NCBI GenBank assembly: GCA_024346625.1
Contig: AP024668.1
Coordinates: forward strand, 372,001-436,000
Reading direction: 5' to 3'
Length of the DNA stretch: 64,000 nt
Source: Williopsis jadinii
Taxonomy: Eukaryota
Positions 34,090 to 46,611 of the stretch are shown piece by piece (positions within the stretch are counted from its first letter, which is position 1; each line of letters begins with the position of its first letter). The position numbers were made by a program, and so were the translations under genes. The notes under the pieces are model-generated. The model did no database searches and was not told the origin of the DNA. It worked only from the letters and a program-made list of their open reading frames with translations.

Positions 34090-34656
34090 ATGTCCATTAT
34101 AGAACTGAGCAAGAGACGGTACGTCTGCGATGCAAGCGGATATTGCTATTACAGACGGAACAGCACGTACTGGTGGATTGTATTTGTTGTTGTGATCCCG
34201 ATTCTGGTGTTTGCCATGGTTCTCATGCTCTTGAGAAGGCGTAACCTGAGAAGGTCCCGTCAGGGACAGTCGTATATCCCATACACTGGCTGGACCACGT
34301 ATGGTAATAACAACCAAGCGCAGACAATGCCAACGTATCAACAGGACTATCAACAGGGCTACCAACAACAGCCTTACCAGAACGGATATTCGACGTATAC
34401 ATATACAACGTCACCGCAACAGCCAGCGTACAACAACGCACAGCAACAAGGTTACTACTACGACCCAAATACCAAACCAGCAGAGGAAACAGAGGAACAA
34501 CTACCGCCTTATAAACAGAACACGACATCCACCACCGAGACAGCGACGAATGAGTATTCAACGTATAGCAGGCCAGCAGGTGCGCCACCGACACACAATC
34601 AGGTCACAGGTGCAAACACGATACAGCCTCCGCAGAACTCTTACCAGAGAACGTAA
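34090..34656 (+). CDS. Rcr1/Rcr2-like single-pass membrane protein with PY motif
   Basis: One TM helix followed by RRRNLRRSRQGQSYIPYTGW; Q/Y-rich tail; LPPY motif. Confidence 0.7.
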   Translation: MSIIELSKRRYVCDASGYCYYRRNSTYWWIVFVVVIPILVFAMVLMLLRRRNLRRSRQGQSYIPYTGWTTYGNNNQAQTMPTYQQDYQQGYQQQPYQNGYSTYTYTTSPQQPAYNNAQQQGYYYDPNTKPAEETEEQLPPYKQNTTSTTETATNEYSTYSRPAGAPPTHNQVTGANTIQPPQNSYQRT

Positions 34657-34962
34657 CGGTCATCATAGACTTCGTGGATCAACACATTTCTTAATAGCTT
34701 TAAATAAAACACAAATTATTATGATTATGAGTTTTTATATACTCCAACAACAACAGAATAGTGTGGAAATAACATATAGAATACAACCCCACGATACATA
34801 TAAAGATAGAGAAAGTTAAAAAAAGGCATCCTCAAAGTAGTACAGACAGAATGTTAAGCGACCGAACTCTTAGAATGATCAATTACCGAATGGTGGGACA
34901 TGGATGAACAAAACAAAACAAGTGGGCTGTGGTGTGAATCATTGTACGGATATCACCTTGAT

Positions 34963-37254
34963 TTAAAACTCCTCCTTGAATAGGCTCTTGTGTTTCTCCT
35001 CAGTGGTTAATTCTTTTTTTTCATCACTGCCTTGGCTGAAGCCAGTAAACGTCTGTTTCAACTCATCACCATCTGTAGTGCTGGACTTGGCTTCAACTTG
35101 CTTTTTTGGCACATAGTTTAAAGCTTCATCAACCATGGATCTGTAGTGTGGATTGGCAACGACTGTTGGACCTGTTGATGTAGTGACCTTAGTGGTGGAC
35201 TCCTCCGCTGCCTTAGCAGTTTCAGATTCTGCTTTGGCCTTTTCCCTAGCAGCATCCTCAGCTTTAGCCTTCTCACTTGGTGGTAACGTTTCTGCAATTT
35301 CCTTCTCCTCATTCAATGCAGCAATCTTTTCATTCTCCAATTCGAGTTGAATCTTAAGACGTTCATTGTCAACAAGGGCCTTCTGCTTGTCAATCTCAGC
35401 CTTTTTCAAAGCTGCTTCTGCTTCAATCTCTGCAGATTCCTTGAGAGCAACTTCTGCTTCAGCAGCCTTGATTTCCGCCTCTTTGGCGAATTTCTCTTGC
35501 TCGCCAGTTGTGGTTTCAATCTCACCCTTCAATGTCTCCAGGCGTTCACGGGCATGAGTCAATTCAACCTTTGAAACATCTAGCAAGTTTTGAGAGTTCT
35601 CAGTGTTCTTGATATGAGAGTCAGTGATCTCCTGAACAGCTTGCTTCTCTTCGTTCAAAACATCCAGTTTGTCCTGCTCAATCTTCAAGTTGGCCAAGAT
35701 TGGAGCAAGTCTCTCATCACGTTCACGTTCAGCAGCAGTCAATTCTTCCTTGCGCTTGGCTTCGGCTTCGGCAGATTCCTTCGCAAGACGTTCCTCTTCA
35801 GCCTGTTTCTTTGCAAGGAGCTCTTCCCTCTTTCTAACCTCCTCCTGTTGCTTATATTCCAAGATCTCCTTTTGCTTCTCCAATTCAGCTGTCTTTTCCT
35901 TTTCCAAGGCCAGCTTGGCTTCTCTAGCTCTTTGCTTCTCATCCTCCAACTCTTTTCTTCTCTGAGCCTTGGCCTCGGCCTTGAGTCTCTTATCTTCAGC
36001 CTTTTGTGCCCTGATATCAGCTTTGTACTTTTCATGTGCCAATCTCTGTTCTTCCTTCACTCTGGCAGCCTCTGCATCCCTAGCGCGTTGAGATTCAGCT
36101 GTCTTGTCAATTTGAACCAGCACAGGGTTCACGAATTTGGTAGCGATTGCATCCAACTCCGCCTGTGTCATGTACAATCCACCACCGAGGTTGATTTTAC
36201 CTGTGTTCACGGTACGTGTTGCATGGTGACGAGATGCAATCTCAAAAGCGATCCTGTTAAAGTCTGTATTTGAGAACAAATTCTTATCATCAACTTGCTT
36301 TTCGAGTCCCTTGAGTGTATTTGAAGCATTGAGAGAGGCCAATGCTAAAACCTTTGGAGAAACCATGGAATTCTTGAAAATAGCACGTGCCTCAAGGTCC
36401 TTATCCACTGGGGCTTCATAGCCTTGAGATGCCAAAGCACCTGCAGCGGCAAAAGCCTCCAAAGAAGCATCGTCAAGTTTTGGTTCAACTTTAATACCTG
36501 AGCGAGAACAATCCCATTCTGGGTTCATTCTCTCAGAAATCATTGTACTCGCACGTTCTTGTGAAGCCTTTGTGACTTTTGACAAATTGATATTACCGAT
36601 AGCTCTCTTTTTTCCGCTTCTAACAGCGTCAAATTCGTATAATGAGGCCAAGTTGCTTGATGCCAAAGACCCAATGGTTTTCCCGGTTCTACCAAGTACA
36701 GCTGAAGCGGCACTTGCACCGTCATATGTACTTTGTTCATCGCCACCATCAGCGTTCGGGTTTTTAGATCTGGATCTTGTTAAAACTGCAGATGCTGCAC
36801 TTGATCCTTCGCTGATTGCAACTTTGGAGTGGGCCTCGACAGAACTTGCAACTTCACCGTAGATGCTTTCGTTGTACAAGCTCTCTCTTTCACCTTTAAT
36901 CAAGAATTTACCCACGGCAGCGGCAGCGGTTGAGGCCTCAGCGTTGACAGAATCTCTCGTCCATGCCTTTGGCGCAGTGTCCTTCTTTGCAAATAGAGCT
37001 GCTGTGTGTGCATCATTGGCAATGCTTCTCTTATAAGGCTCAACCTTCAAATCCGTTGAGGCAGCCAACAACGCAGCTGTGTCTGAAGCGCTTTCGCTGT
37101 TTGGAACACCAATGGTCTTCGCAGACGGAGACTGATAGATACCGTACTTCATCTTGGCTTTGTAGAGCGCCTCCTTGGACAGCGGTCTACCATTTGTCTG
37201 ATAAACAGAGCTCCTAGCAGACTTTGTGGAATACTCTGAATTAGCGATGGACAT
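34963..37254 (-). CDS. EIS1: Eisosome protein Eis1-like
   Basis: ATG at 37254; PLSKEALYKAKMKYGIYQSP, GKINLGGGLYM, long coiled coil, terminal SLFKEEF. Confidence 0.88.
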   Translation of the reverse strand: MSIANSEYSTKSARSSVYQTNGRPLSKEALYKAKMKYGIYQSPSAKTIGVPNSESASDTAALLAASTDLKVEPYKRSIANDAHTAALFAKKDTAPKAWTRDSVNAEASTAAAAVGKFLIKGERESLYNESIYGEVASSVEAHSKVAISEGSSAASAVLTRSRSKNPNADGGDEQSTYDGASAASAVLGRTGKTIGSLASSNLASLYEFDAVRSGKKRAIGNINLSKVTKASQERASTMISERMNPEWDCSRSGIKVEPKLDDASLEAFAAAGALASQGYEAPVDKDLEARAIFKNSMVSPKVLALASLNASNTLKGLEKQVDDKNLFSNTDFNRIAFEIASRHHATRTVNTGKINLGGGLYMTQAELDAIATKFVNPVLVQIDKTAESQRARDAEAARVKEEQRLAHEKYKADIRAQKAEDKRLKAEAKAQRRKELEDEKQRAREAKLALEKEKTAELEKQKEILEYKQQEEVRKREELLAKKQAEEERLAKESAEAEAKRKEELTAAERERDERLAPILANLKIEQDKLDVLNEEKQAVQEITDSHIKNTENSQNLLDVSKVELTHARERLETLKGEIETTTGEQEKFAKEAEIKAAEAEVALKESAEIEAEAALKKAEIDKQKALVDNERLKIQLELENEKIAALNEEKEIAETLPPSEKAKAEDAAREKAKAESETAKAAEESTTKVTTSTGPTVVANPHYRSMVDEALNYVPKKQVEAKSSTTDGDELKQTFTGFSQGSDEKKELTTEEKHKSLFKEEF

Positions 37255-39473
37255 GGTCTTCAACTGTATAGATTCCTTCCTTTCTTTGTGAGCTAGATAT
37301 CAACACACAGAGCCAAACTATTGTTATGAATCTCTCCGAATAATAAGAGAAGAGGTGTTGTTAGTGTGGCAGTAGCTGCTGTTGTGGTTGGTTCAAGAGA
37401 AAACACAGGCACTCCTTTTTGTGGTTTTTGGCGGTTGCTTTCCCCTTGCAAATTTCACTCTTGCAATTTTGTAGCGCCCGCCCCTCTCCCCCCTTCGTTT
37501 TACCTCCCTGTTTCTTGTGTTTTTCCCCTTGCTGTGTATGTTTGCGCAGTCGCGTATTTCCAGAAAGGAAATTGGCATATCCCAATGCGGTAATGTATAC
37601 ATAAAGGGAAAGCGTCGCGCATGTTACTCATGGTACGCGCACCTCTATGGGCCCAGTTTCTTTCCAGGCTTTTTAGGCGTTCAGCTGTGTGTAACTTTGG
37701 AAACCGAGGCAGATGTGGAAAGACGATTGTCAAAGATTGAAAATTACGTGCTTCTGCCTCGCCCCGGTGATCACGAAAGCATTGATAAGATGTATGGTTG
37801 ATGCATGGCGATGGGACGCTGTGGTATTGTAATTGAGTGTCTCACCGCCTTTGGTAAAAACTGGCTCTGCTTTTGAAAAGGTTACAGAGCTTAAACTGGG
37901 TGCGATGGTCTGGACGTGGGCAATTGTTTTCAACACACGTTCTTGTGGGAAACAGTGACTCTGTGTGTATATGTGGAGATAGAGCGTTATTGCTCTGTGT
38001 TGCGGTCTCAAGTTTAACCTTGGAGCGTAGTGATCGAGACCACTGTGTTCTTGCGCTTAATGGGACGGTATAGAAGCTGTCCGTTGTGAAACTCGCCCTA
38101 AAGGCGCTGAGGACGGTGTGCTTTGGCCATTCTGTTCACAGTTCTGTAGCGTTGTGAAGAGGCATACAAAGCTTTGACGGTGCGGGCATAGCGTGTAGCG
38201 AGCCTCCGGACCGTCAACTGAAGGCACTACGCTCGCCATGTCGTGGCACTCGTGCTGGTGATGGAGTACATGAGATAACGCACCCGATCTTGTTGCCGGC
38301 CGTGGACATCACAACGAGACGTGACAATTCAGCACGACAAATACCGTGATGCCAACGCTACTGCCATGCACATGGTGCTCTACTCGACACACCTGCAACA
38401 ACCAGCAGAGTACTCCGCATATCTACCATAATCACCTCGCACCCAAACTACAACGTAACCCAACCTAGCTACGCATAGAATCCTACAACAGTAACAAGCA
38501 CTACAACAGTAACAAGCACCACACCAGCACGTCGCACCGCAAAGTTCTGCTCATCCACACATCAAAACCCACCAAATCACAAGCAAACAGCCAGGTGGCC
38601 AGCGTTGCTTAGACAATCGTTTCTTTTTGTTTGTCCCTCCCACACATCGCTGACGGTGCTGCTTGTCGTCGTCTTCTCCTTCGGTCTTTGTTTGCTCCCC
38701 TTGACAGAACCACATTTGCTTCAGCCGTGATTTGAAACACACCACCATTTCAAGTTGGTAATTACGGCTACCGGTACCCTCCCCCAAATTGTTAGCTGGC
38801 CCTCCCACGGGAAGACGCTGTAGGGTGGAACAGCGAGAATTAGACAGGCAGGTATAAATAACAAAAAAAAAGAAAAGAGCAAAAAGAAAAGCGGAAGCAC
38901 ACACAGTGACCGCATACAATTGGATACCCATTTTTTCCTGGCTTTCTCTCTTTCTCTTTCCCAATCTCCATCATCCATCTGCTGCTAGCCAATCTCTGTT
39001 GTCCATTTCTTTTCTCCCGTGTCTATCACAACGCTTATAGAATTGCTCAGTGTTCAATTGGCAGGCTCCTTTTTTCGTAGAAGGGACGGAAGGAAACAGG
39101 CAAACAGGTGAAGAGCGAATTGTGTCCACTGTTTGAAACAGGTTGCAAAGAACAGGAGGCAGAGGAAAGAAGGACAGTGACGAAGCTGTAGGCACAGTGA
39201 AGAGCCAAGCGAACACACACGGCACCTGGGTTATTGCACACAGAGAGTAGCGAGACGTTTGCTAGCTACTGTGTTGTGTTTTCCGGCTGGTTTATTGTTT
39301 TGATTTGTGTGTGTTGTTTTGTTTTTGGGCCAATCACAGGTGAAGGAATTTCCCACTCCAAGCGCAATACCACAGGCTTCTTCGTGAGGGAGACAAGAGC
39401 AAATCGTGGGCAGAGCAGCAACGATTACAGCGAGCGACGTTAACAGGTGTTCGCACAGGAGAAGTGAAGCAAA

Positions 39474-40589
39474 ATGTCTGAACTGATATCGTCCTTCCTG
39501 GAGCATACTCATGACCTGGAGTCAGGGCAAGAGGAGAGCTCGAATGAACTAAGCCAACTCCAATCGATGGACCTATACAACCTGCTGTTACACAAGCCGC
39601 AGAACCAGGACGGCTTGTACGATGACTCAACTAACGCCGATGCTGTCAACTCGAACAGTACGTTCACGGGGCAAGGCTTCATGGATACGCTTTCGACGAA
39701 TAATTTGGTTACGCTGAACAATGAACAGTTCAACACCACAATACCTCCAACAACAACGATAAACCCGAGAGATTTGAGCTCTCACCATGGGTCTATTTCG
39801 AGCGTTGCTAGTTCGGATTTTGATAACCTGGACGATAATGGTAGCGTGTCGTCGTCGGAAGATCAGCACCACTTTGCCTCGTCCAGGAGCACACCCCGTC
39901 CAAGGAATTGGAGTATGAATGATGAATTCAACGATGCCATAAACACATGGCTCAGGGAGAATGACCGAACAATGAAGCGGAACTCCATCTCACACATCGA
40001 CCATTCTGCAAGAACACATGTGAGATCAGAACTGCTCGCTCCACCTGCAACCACGAACGTGAAGGTATCGAATACACACACCAATAACGGTGGTGGATAT
40101 CAACGTTCTTCAGTGACAAAGAGACGTAAATCTGAATCACATATAAACGTTAACAAGAATACCCTTATGAGTCCCATGAGAGTCTCGATCAACAATTCCT
40201 CTACTACAAGAACCTCGCCGTTGTCATCTACAAATTCAAGTGTAATCACAACGACTCCGACGTCCACTTCTGAAACGATATCCTCAACGCTGACTGGCTT
40301 ACAAACGAATAACGTTTTCACACCAGATGGAGCAGTACCGATGCCAAACGGTAAGCATCACACCGTGTCCAAGTCAAGTTCTACACAGGCAAACTCAGTG
40401 GGGGATGACGAAGAAAAACCATTCAAATGTAACTCGTGTACAAAGGCATTCAGAAGATCTGAGCATCTAAAGAGACACGTCAGAAGTGTGCACTCCAACG
40501 TGAGACCCTTCCCGTGTAAGTTTTGTGAGAAGAAGTTCTCAAGATCTGATAACTTGGCCCAACATTTGAGAACCCATAACAAGCACTGA
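39474..40589 (+). CDS. C2H2 zinc-finger transcription factor, Msn2/Msn4/Com2 family
   Basis: KPFKCNSCTKAFRRSEHLKRHVRSVHSNVRPFPCKFCEKKFSRSDNLAQHLRTH; PKA-type RRKS motif. Confidence 0.9.
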   Translation: MSELISSFLEHTHDLESGQEESSNELSQLQSMDLYNLLLHKPQNQDGLYDDSTNADAVNSNSTFTGQGFMDTLSTNNLVTLNNEQFNTTIPPTTTINPRDLSSHHGSISSVASSDFDNLDDNGSVSSSEDQHHFASSRSTPRPRNWSMNDEFNDAINTWLRENDRTMKRNSISHIDHSARTHVRSELLAPPATTNVKVSNTHTNNGGGYQRSSVTKRRKSESHINVNKNTLMSPMRVSINNSSTTRTSPLSSTNSSVITTTPTSTSETISSTLTGLQTNNVFTPDGAVPMPNGKHHTVSKSSSTQANSVGDDEEKPFKCNSCTKAFRRSEHLKRHVRSVHSNVRPFPCKFCEKKFSRSDNLAQHLRTHNKH

Positions 40590-41102
40590 ACTGAACAAGT
40601 TGTCATGTTAGGTTATGCTGACTACCTGCCGTTTGTACAATATCTACAAGTATATACGATGTTGAGCCGTCTATGTTTGAATGTTTTGTTATATATTTAT
40701 TTCGACAACATGTATGCCGGTGCGGTGTGTAGTTATAACTGGTTATAACACATTATAACACATTATAACAGATAAGAAAACACGTCAACAGTTGGGCGCG
40801 AGAAAATGGACGTGTTGACTTCCCAAAACGGAAGTGCCAAGTTGTAAACGTGTATATCCGTGTTGTGGATATTTTGTTGATGTTTTTTCATACAAATTTG
40901 TTCTAAAACAAGAACCAAAAGGGAACGGGAAAGGCCTGAAAAGGGGGAAAACAACCTGTGAAACTCTTCATAGACGATCATCGCGTTCAGTGAGATTACA
41001 ACAGTTTCGTCACTGACTTTCAGCCGGCTTCAACGCTGATCTACGACCGTATACGCAGCAAGAGACCCACCATCACCAGACCGGTATCACAAGACCTTCG
41101 AA

Positions 41103-42545
41103 ATGGTACCAGAGAGCGTACCTGATAGCATCCCAACTGTACGAGATGTTAATCTCACAAAGGATATAGCAAGTGGCGATAAGTTTCTCAATGAGTATAA
41201 GCTGCTTTCTAAACTGGGTAAGGGACATAATGGTAAGGTGTACCTGGTACAGAGCCCTACAGATGAGTCACAGTATGCGATCAAGGAGATATCCAAAGTG
41301 ACAAAGTTGAGCATAACCAATAAGGATCCAAAGGCACAGCTGAATAAGATCAATAATGAGATCGATATAATGAAGATCATACGGAAACATCCAAAGATTG
41401 TGAGGTTGTACAAAGTGCTGGATGATAAGAGTTTGAACAAGGTGTTCTTAGTGCTGGAGTACTGCTCACAGGGCGAGTTGATGTTTGGCGCCACTCATAA
41501 CTATACGATACAGCGTATACGCTCCATCCTGAGAGACACGGTGCTTGGCTTGGAATACTTACATGGTTTGGGAATCATTCATAGAGATATTAAACCTTCA
41601 AATCTGCTGATGGATTCTTCAAACTGTGTGAAGATTAGCGATTTTGGCGTTAGTTTGAATAAGAAGGCTCTCAACAACGTTTCCAAGGCTAAGACGTTTG
41701 GCACTCCGGCTTTCCTAGCACCAGAGCTATGTAACGGCTGTACCAATGACAAGCAGAACGACAATCTTGACTTCAAAGTGGACATTTGGGCACTAGGAAT
41801 AACGATCTACTGTCTATGGTTCCATGAATTACCATTCAATGGGACAAATGAGTACGAGCTCTTTCACCAAATAACGAATAATTCGGTCGCTCTTCCCAAA
41901 CCACAGTCACATGAAGAGTACCAACTGTTTGATCTGCTTGCCAAAACACTAGAGAAGAATCCACACAAAAGAATAGATACAATAGAATTGAAGATGCACC
42001 CATTCTTGACACAGGATTTGGAGCAGCGGTCATCCATAGAGTTCTTGAGGTTTAACGAATCCTATCTGGACCCTCCAAAGCTGAATAATAATGTTTCTAG
42101 AACAGGGTCAATTCAGAGGAAGTTTAAGTCAATATTCAACCATAGGAGGAAATCGTCTGCTTCAGCTCAGGAGAGACCAACACTGTCTCCCAGTTCACAA
42201 CCCAAGGCAGTAGAACATGATACACTACCACCAATACCGTCAACTGCTTCACTGCACAATGGTTTGCAAAGACCACCGATGGGAATGTCTTCTTCTTCAA
42301 ACTCTTTAAACTTGAACTCATTATTGAGGTCAAAACGAGATGTCCCCGATTACTTAGATGGAACAACGTATTTCCACGTTTTGGATTCAGATGATGATAG
42401 CTCAAGTGACGAAGACACAGACGATGAGGGCAACGATAACGATGGATTATACAACGATGAGGACACGCTGAGCTTACGTATCGGGCCCAAGAGAGGTAAT
42501 AGCGCTCTCACTGTGAGGACCATGAATGACTACTTAGATATATGA
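41103..42545 (+). CDS. Ser/Thr kinase of the CAMKK/Snf1-activating family, Elm1-like
   Basis: GKGHNGKV, YAIK, VFLVLEYCSQGEL, HRDIKPSNLL, KISDFGVS, GTPAFLAPEL. Confidence 0.85.
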   Translation: MVPESVPDSIPTVRDVNLTKDIASGDKFLNEYKLLSKLGKGHNGKVYLVQSPTDESQYAIKEISKVTKLSITNKDPKAQLNKINNEIDIMKIIRKHPKIVRLYKVLDDKSLNKVFLVLEYCSQGELMFGATHNYTIQRIRSILRDTVLGLEYLHGLGIIHRDIKPSNLLMDSSNCVKISDFGVSLNKKALNNVSKAKTFGTPAFLAPELCNGCTNDKQNDNLDFKVDIWALGITIYCLWFHELPFNGTNEYELFHQITNNSVALPKPQSHEEYQLFDLLAKTLEKNPHKRIDTIELKMHPFLTQDLEQRSSIEFLRFNESYLDPPKLNNNVSRTGSIQRKFKSIFNHRRKSSASAQERPTLSPSSQPKAVEHDTLPPIPSTASLHNGLQRPPMGMSSSSNSLNLNSLLRSKRDVPDYLDGTTYFHVLDSDDDSSSDEDTDDEGNDNDGLYNDEDTLSLRIGPKRGNSALTVRTMNDYLDI

Positions 42546-42614
42546 AACATGTTAAAGCTTATTAATATTAATATCTCTAATAGAATGCTATCACAACCCT
42601 TTTGTTAATAACGG

Positions 42615-44027
42615 CTAGACTTGTAGTCTTTTAACCCAAACTAGCCTCCATGCAGAAATCAGAAACGCAATGCTAATGACAAAACTCAACGACGTTGTCC
42701 AGAATACGGGGCTTATACAGCTCGTGAGCAAGGATGAACCTGTATCAACGGTCCAACATTTGGCATCGTAAACAAGACCAAAGATCATGCCAAAGAGACT
42801 TGAGCTCAAAGCTGGACTCAGCATATAAAAACCATACACGGAACCAAATATTTCACTTCCCCATATCGATAGAACAATGGTTGGAAACAGAGTGAACAGC
42901 CCTCCGTATAGGAATCCAGATAGCATGGAGATCATAAAGAAGTTATGTGTTGCAAATATGTCCAGTGCGATGAACAACTGTGTGGCAAGTCCTAGCAGCA
43001 AGAGGCATAGGAGAATCCATACCCTAGATATAGAATACTTTGAAACCAGCAGATCAGATAGTGCACCTAAAGACAGACGTGCAAATGTTGAGAAGAATGC
43101 ATGGACAGATACCTGGTTTGATATTGATGAATCTGGAGAGATCGTGTTGATTAAAGACCCCATGTTTGTGATGTACATCTCACAAGGTCCGATTGTGAAG
43201 AAGACACACACAAGTAGGAGATAAGCTGAGATGTCTTTCAGGAATCTCATAAACTTATCACGATGATGCTCAACTAGGTCGTCGTCTCCATCTTCGCCTT
43301 CAGTGTTTTCTTCATATGCCTCACTTGTCAAGAGAGGTGATTCCTCATTGTCCCGTTTCTTCAACAGTATGTTCTTTTCGATCGTGACGACACTTGAACT
43401 GAACCAGTTAAAGATCCCCAGTATCAAGTATAAGATGCTGAATAGTGTGAAAGCCTTTGACAGATTTAATTCACCTCTAGAGTTCTTTAAGAATGTCAAC
43501 TTCAAGAGCTGGGCGCCGATTAACGAAGATAGCCCATAACAGGTCACCGGGGCACTAATTATCAATCCCTTACTCTTAGGGTAGATTTTGGCACACGTCA
43601 ATAGATTTGTGAAGTAGAAAGCAGAGGTGGCAATGCCCACTAGGGCAAAGCTAAGAGCCATGAAGCCATATCCCAAGCTGTGATCCACAGTCAGCTTTGC
43701 TAGCGTGTAACCCGGGGCAAACATCACCATGCTCAACACCGCAAGTAGAACAGGCCCGTGACAGTCCGCCAGATATCCCAGCACCGGGAGTGGTAAGTAC
43801 ATCCCCAGACTGGTGCAGCTTCCAATGATATTGATCTCAAACTGGGTGTAGTGGTAATCTCTCTGTAACACTGGGGTGAACAGCGGGAATAGCAGCACAG
43901 ATCCAGCACATAGGCATGATAGTATTGATATCATGAATGCAAACTTCCGAAGAGTTCGTGTATCGTACACTTCTAGCACTGCACGGACATGCTTTGTGAG
44001 GTTTGCCTCGATCGTAGAGAGTGTCAT
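42615..44027 (-). CDS. MCH1: MFS transporter Mch1-like
   Basis: ATG at 44027; GMYLPLPVLGYLADCHGP, LLTCAKIYP, SAPVTCYGLSSL, GPCEMYITNMGS. Confidence 0.85.
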   Translation of the reverse strand: MTLSTIEANLTKHVRAVLEVYDTRTLRKFAFMISILSCLCAGSVLLFPLFTPVLQRDYHYTQFEINIIGSCTSLGMYLPLPVLGYLADCHGPVLLAVLSMVMFAPGYTLAKLTVDHSLGYGFMALSFALVGIATSAFYFTNLLTCAKIYPKSKGLIISAPVTCYGLSSLIGAQLLKLTFLKNSRGELNLSKAFTLFSILYLILGIFNWFSSSVVTIEKNILLKKRDNEESPLLTSEAYEENTEGEDGDDDLVEHHRDKFMRFLKDISAYLLLVCVFFTIGPCEMYITNMGSLINTISPDSSISNQVSVHAFFSTFARLSLGALSDLLVSKYSISRVWILLCLLLLGLATQLFIALDIFATHNFFMISMLSGFLYGGLFTLFPTIVLSIWGSEIFGSVYGFYMLSPALSSSLFGMIFGLVYDAKCWTVDTGSSLLTSCISPVFWTTSLSFVISIAFLISAWRLVWVKRLQV

Positions 44028-44414
44028 AGGATACGGGCCAACCAAAGAGTCAGAGAAATGCTTTTAAAAGGAGGACAATGGCTGTGATGACGATGAGAAA
44101 GAAGATAATGTTGTGAGACCCGGAAGAGTCACCGGGCATCGACACAGTGTGGCCCTAACGGAATCAGTCCATATTCGGCAATTCCCTTTTTGGGACTTTT
44201 TACCTTTGTTTTCGTTTCTTTTTGATTTTCCAGGTGGTAACTACAGTAACATCGACATCATAGAATGACTAGGGATCAAAGCTTGTGAAGCTGAACGGTA
44301 TTTACACTCTTCTGGAGAGTCTGATGGCAGTGGAGGTCATAGAAGTCTAAAGCAGAGATAAGTCATTAAAAGAATATACACGTAAAGGTTTTTTGTTGGC
44401 CTTTCAACCATCTG

Positions 44415-45434
44415 TTACTTTCCAACGCAAGCGACATACTTGTCAACTTCACCAGAGGATCCTAACCAGATACCTGATCTGTCATGGATGGCCTTTGGCA
44501 ACATCTCCAAGATACGCTCGCCCTTATCGTTCACAGCCTTACCACCGGCTTGCTCCAAAATCATAGCCATTGGGAAACACTCGTACAGGATTCTAAGCTT
44601 ACCAGTTTTCGATTTGGCATCTGCAGGGTAGGCAAAGAGACCACCGTAAAGCAAAGTTCTGTGGACATCAGCAACCATGGAACCGATGTATCTGGCAGAG
44701 TATGGCTTACCGTTCTCCTGAGGCTTCTTCAAGTCCGCAAAGAACTTTTGGACGTGCTCTGGCCAGTAGTATGAGTTACCCTCATTCACAGAGAAGATGG
44801 ATCTCTGTGGTGGGATCTTCAAGTCAGGGTGTGTGAGGATGAACTCACCAAGTGATACGTCGAGGGTGAATCCGTTAAGACCTTGACCAGTGGTGAGCAT
44901 CAGGTGTGAAGAGGCACCGTACATGGTGTAACCAGCAGCAACCATCTCGGTACCTGGTCTCAAAACGTCCTTGATAGAACCGACAGAGCCATCGAGCAAC
45001 TTGTAGACACCAAAGATGGTACCAACAGAGACACCGGCATCCAAGTTTGAGGAACCATCAATTGGGTCACAGACAACAGCGTAGTTACCTGGACCGTCAA
45101 ATACAATCAAGTCTTCCTGTTCTTCGGAGACAAGAACCTTGACGTTACCGGAACCTTTCATGGCGTTGATGAAGATTTCATCACCAATGACATCCAGCTT
45201 CTTCTGTTGGTCACCAGTAGAATTCGAGGCACCGGACAATCCAATGAGGTTGATCAACTCAGCCTTACGGATGTTCTTTGCAATGAACTTGAAGGCAAAC
45301 TGCAAAGCATTCAACAACAAGGTCAATTCACCAGTGGCATTCTGCGCAACTTTCTGTTGAGAGGTGAGGATGAATCTCGTAAGGGTGATGAGATCGGTAT
45401 CAACGTGGTGCTGTTCTGAAGCAATATGGGACAT
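44415..45434 (-). CDS. FBP1: Fructose-1,6-bisphosphatase
   Basis: ATG at 45434; GDQQKKLDV, VSEEQED, DPIDGSSN, RYIGSMVADVHRTLLYGG, GKLRILYE. Confidence 0.98.
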   Translation of the reverse strand: MSHIASEQHHVDTDLITLTRFILTSQQKVAQNATGELTLLLNALQFAFKFIAKNIRKAELINLIGLSGASNSTGDQQKKLDVIGDEIFINAMKGSGNVKVLVSEEQEDLIVFDGPGNYAVVCDPIDGSSNLDAGVSVGTIFGVYKLLDGSVGSIKDVLRPGTEMVAAGYTMYGASSHLMLTTGQGLNGFTLDVSLGEFILTHPDLKIPPQRSIFSVNEGNSYYWPEHVQKFFADLKKPQENGKPYSARYIGSMVADVHRTLLYGGLFAYPADAKSKTGKLRILYECFPMAMILEQAGGKAVNDKGERILEMLPKAIHDRSGIWLGSSGEVDKYVACVGK

Positions 45435-46611
45435 TCTGTTTATGAACTTGTGAGAGGACAAATGTTTAGAAGAGTAGAAGTTCATAATGACACTGATCAG
45501 ATTTTCCAAGGGGGATCCTTAACTATTTATACTTCCAAATGTCTTTCGCCAAAAAAGCAGAAATATGTACGCGTAAACTGTTCAGCCTAATTGTCGGATG
45601 TCCTGAACTTTAAACCTTCGACGACGGTTTTTTTGTGTTGTTTTTTCATTTGTCTTCTGTCCTTTTGCAGCTTTGTTTCTTGTTATTTTGGGGAGTGTCA
45701 CGTACGGACGAATGTTTTTCCGGGGAAGATGAGGGCAAGGGGCGACAAAAAAACGTGGAGAAAGGCACAGGAATATTGAGCTGTACTTTCTATATCTAAG
45801 CTCATGGACAAACTGCCTACACTGTTGACATAGTGGGCTGTCAACTTTAAAATCCACACTATGTGTGTGTATATGAGCCAATGTCTTGTCGGATTGATTA
45901 GCCAGCCTGACAAGATGTTCTTGCTTCCTTCTATACGGTGTAGCTCCTTTTGTCTGCCTCCGAGCCTGGAGCTTTTCTGGATTGCCCTTCAGTGTTGGGG
46001 AGCATTTCAGGTTTAGCCGCCATCCGTCAAACTCCGGGTTGGAGAACCATGCACGTCGGGTTGGTATAGCCGGAAAAGAAATCCTTGTTAAGAAACGCGC
46101 TGGCTGATTCTCCGGGAAGCTCCTTCTTTTCAGGATTGTAACATTCTCACGAGTGGTGGGAGGGATATATGTACATGTCCCATCGCTGGCTGAGAGATAC
46201 CCGCACTTACACAGATGAACCCGGAGGAACAACAGCTACAGAATATGTGGGTTTGTGAGATGCACTAGGTGGAACTGCCCACTGGTGCTAGCCACACAGG
46301 ACCAGGCCACCAGTAGACTACGATGCTTATCAACCATCACTGCTATCGAGTTTCTTTGGTATTTGAACTACACCAGGAGTTTGAGACAATTAAACATCTT
46401 CTATTAGTTGTAACTGTATATAAAATAGAGAACCCCGCCCTTTGCCCTCTTCCCAATCCAATTCAATGCAAGTTCTCTTAAAAGGAAGATAACTGGCTCG
46501 ACACAGCAACGGGGTCGTAAGTCTATGCTGGTGTTGTGAGTCCAGGCTTTCCTTCCTTGTGGAGTAATCACCTCCTGGTGTAGTACTTTAGCTCGTTCAA
46601 CATGGCTTCTA

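Noticed and set aside
32080..40772. Short simple repeats: (CA)n near 32081 and 33225, 18-bp x2 at 38483, 10-bp x3 at 40743
   Set aside because: Ordinary slippage repeats with no further structure.
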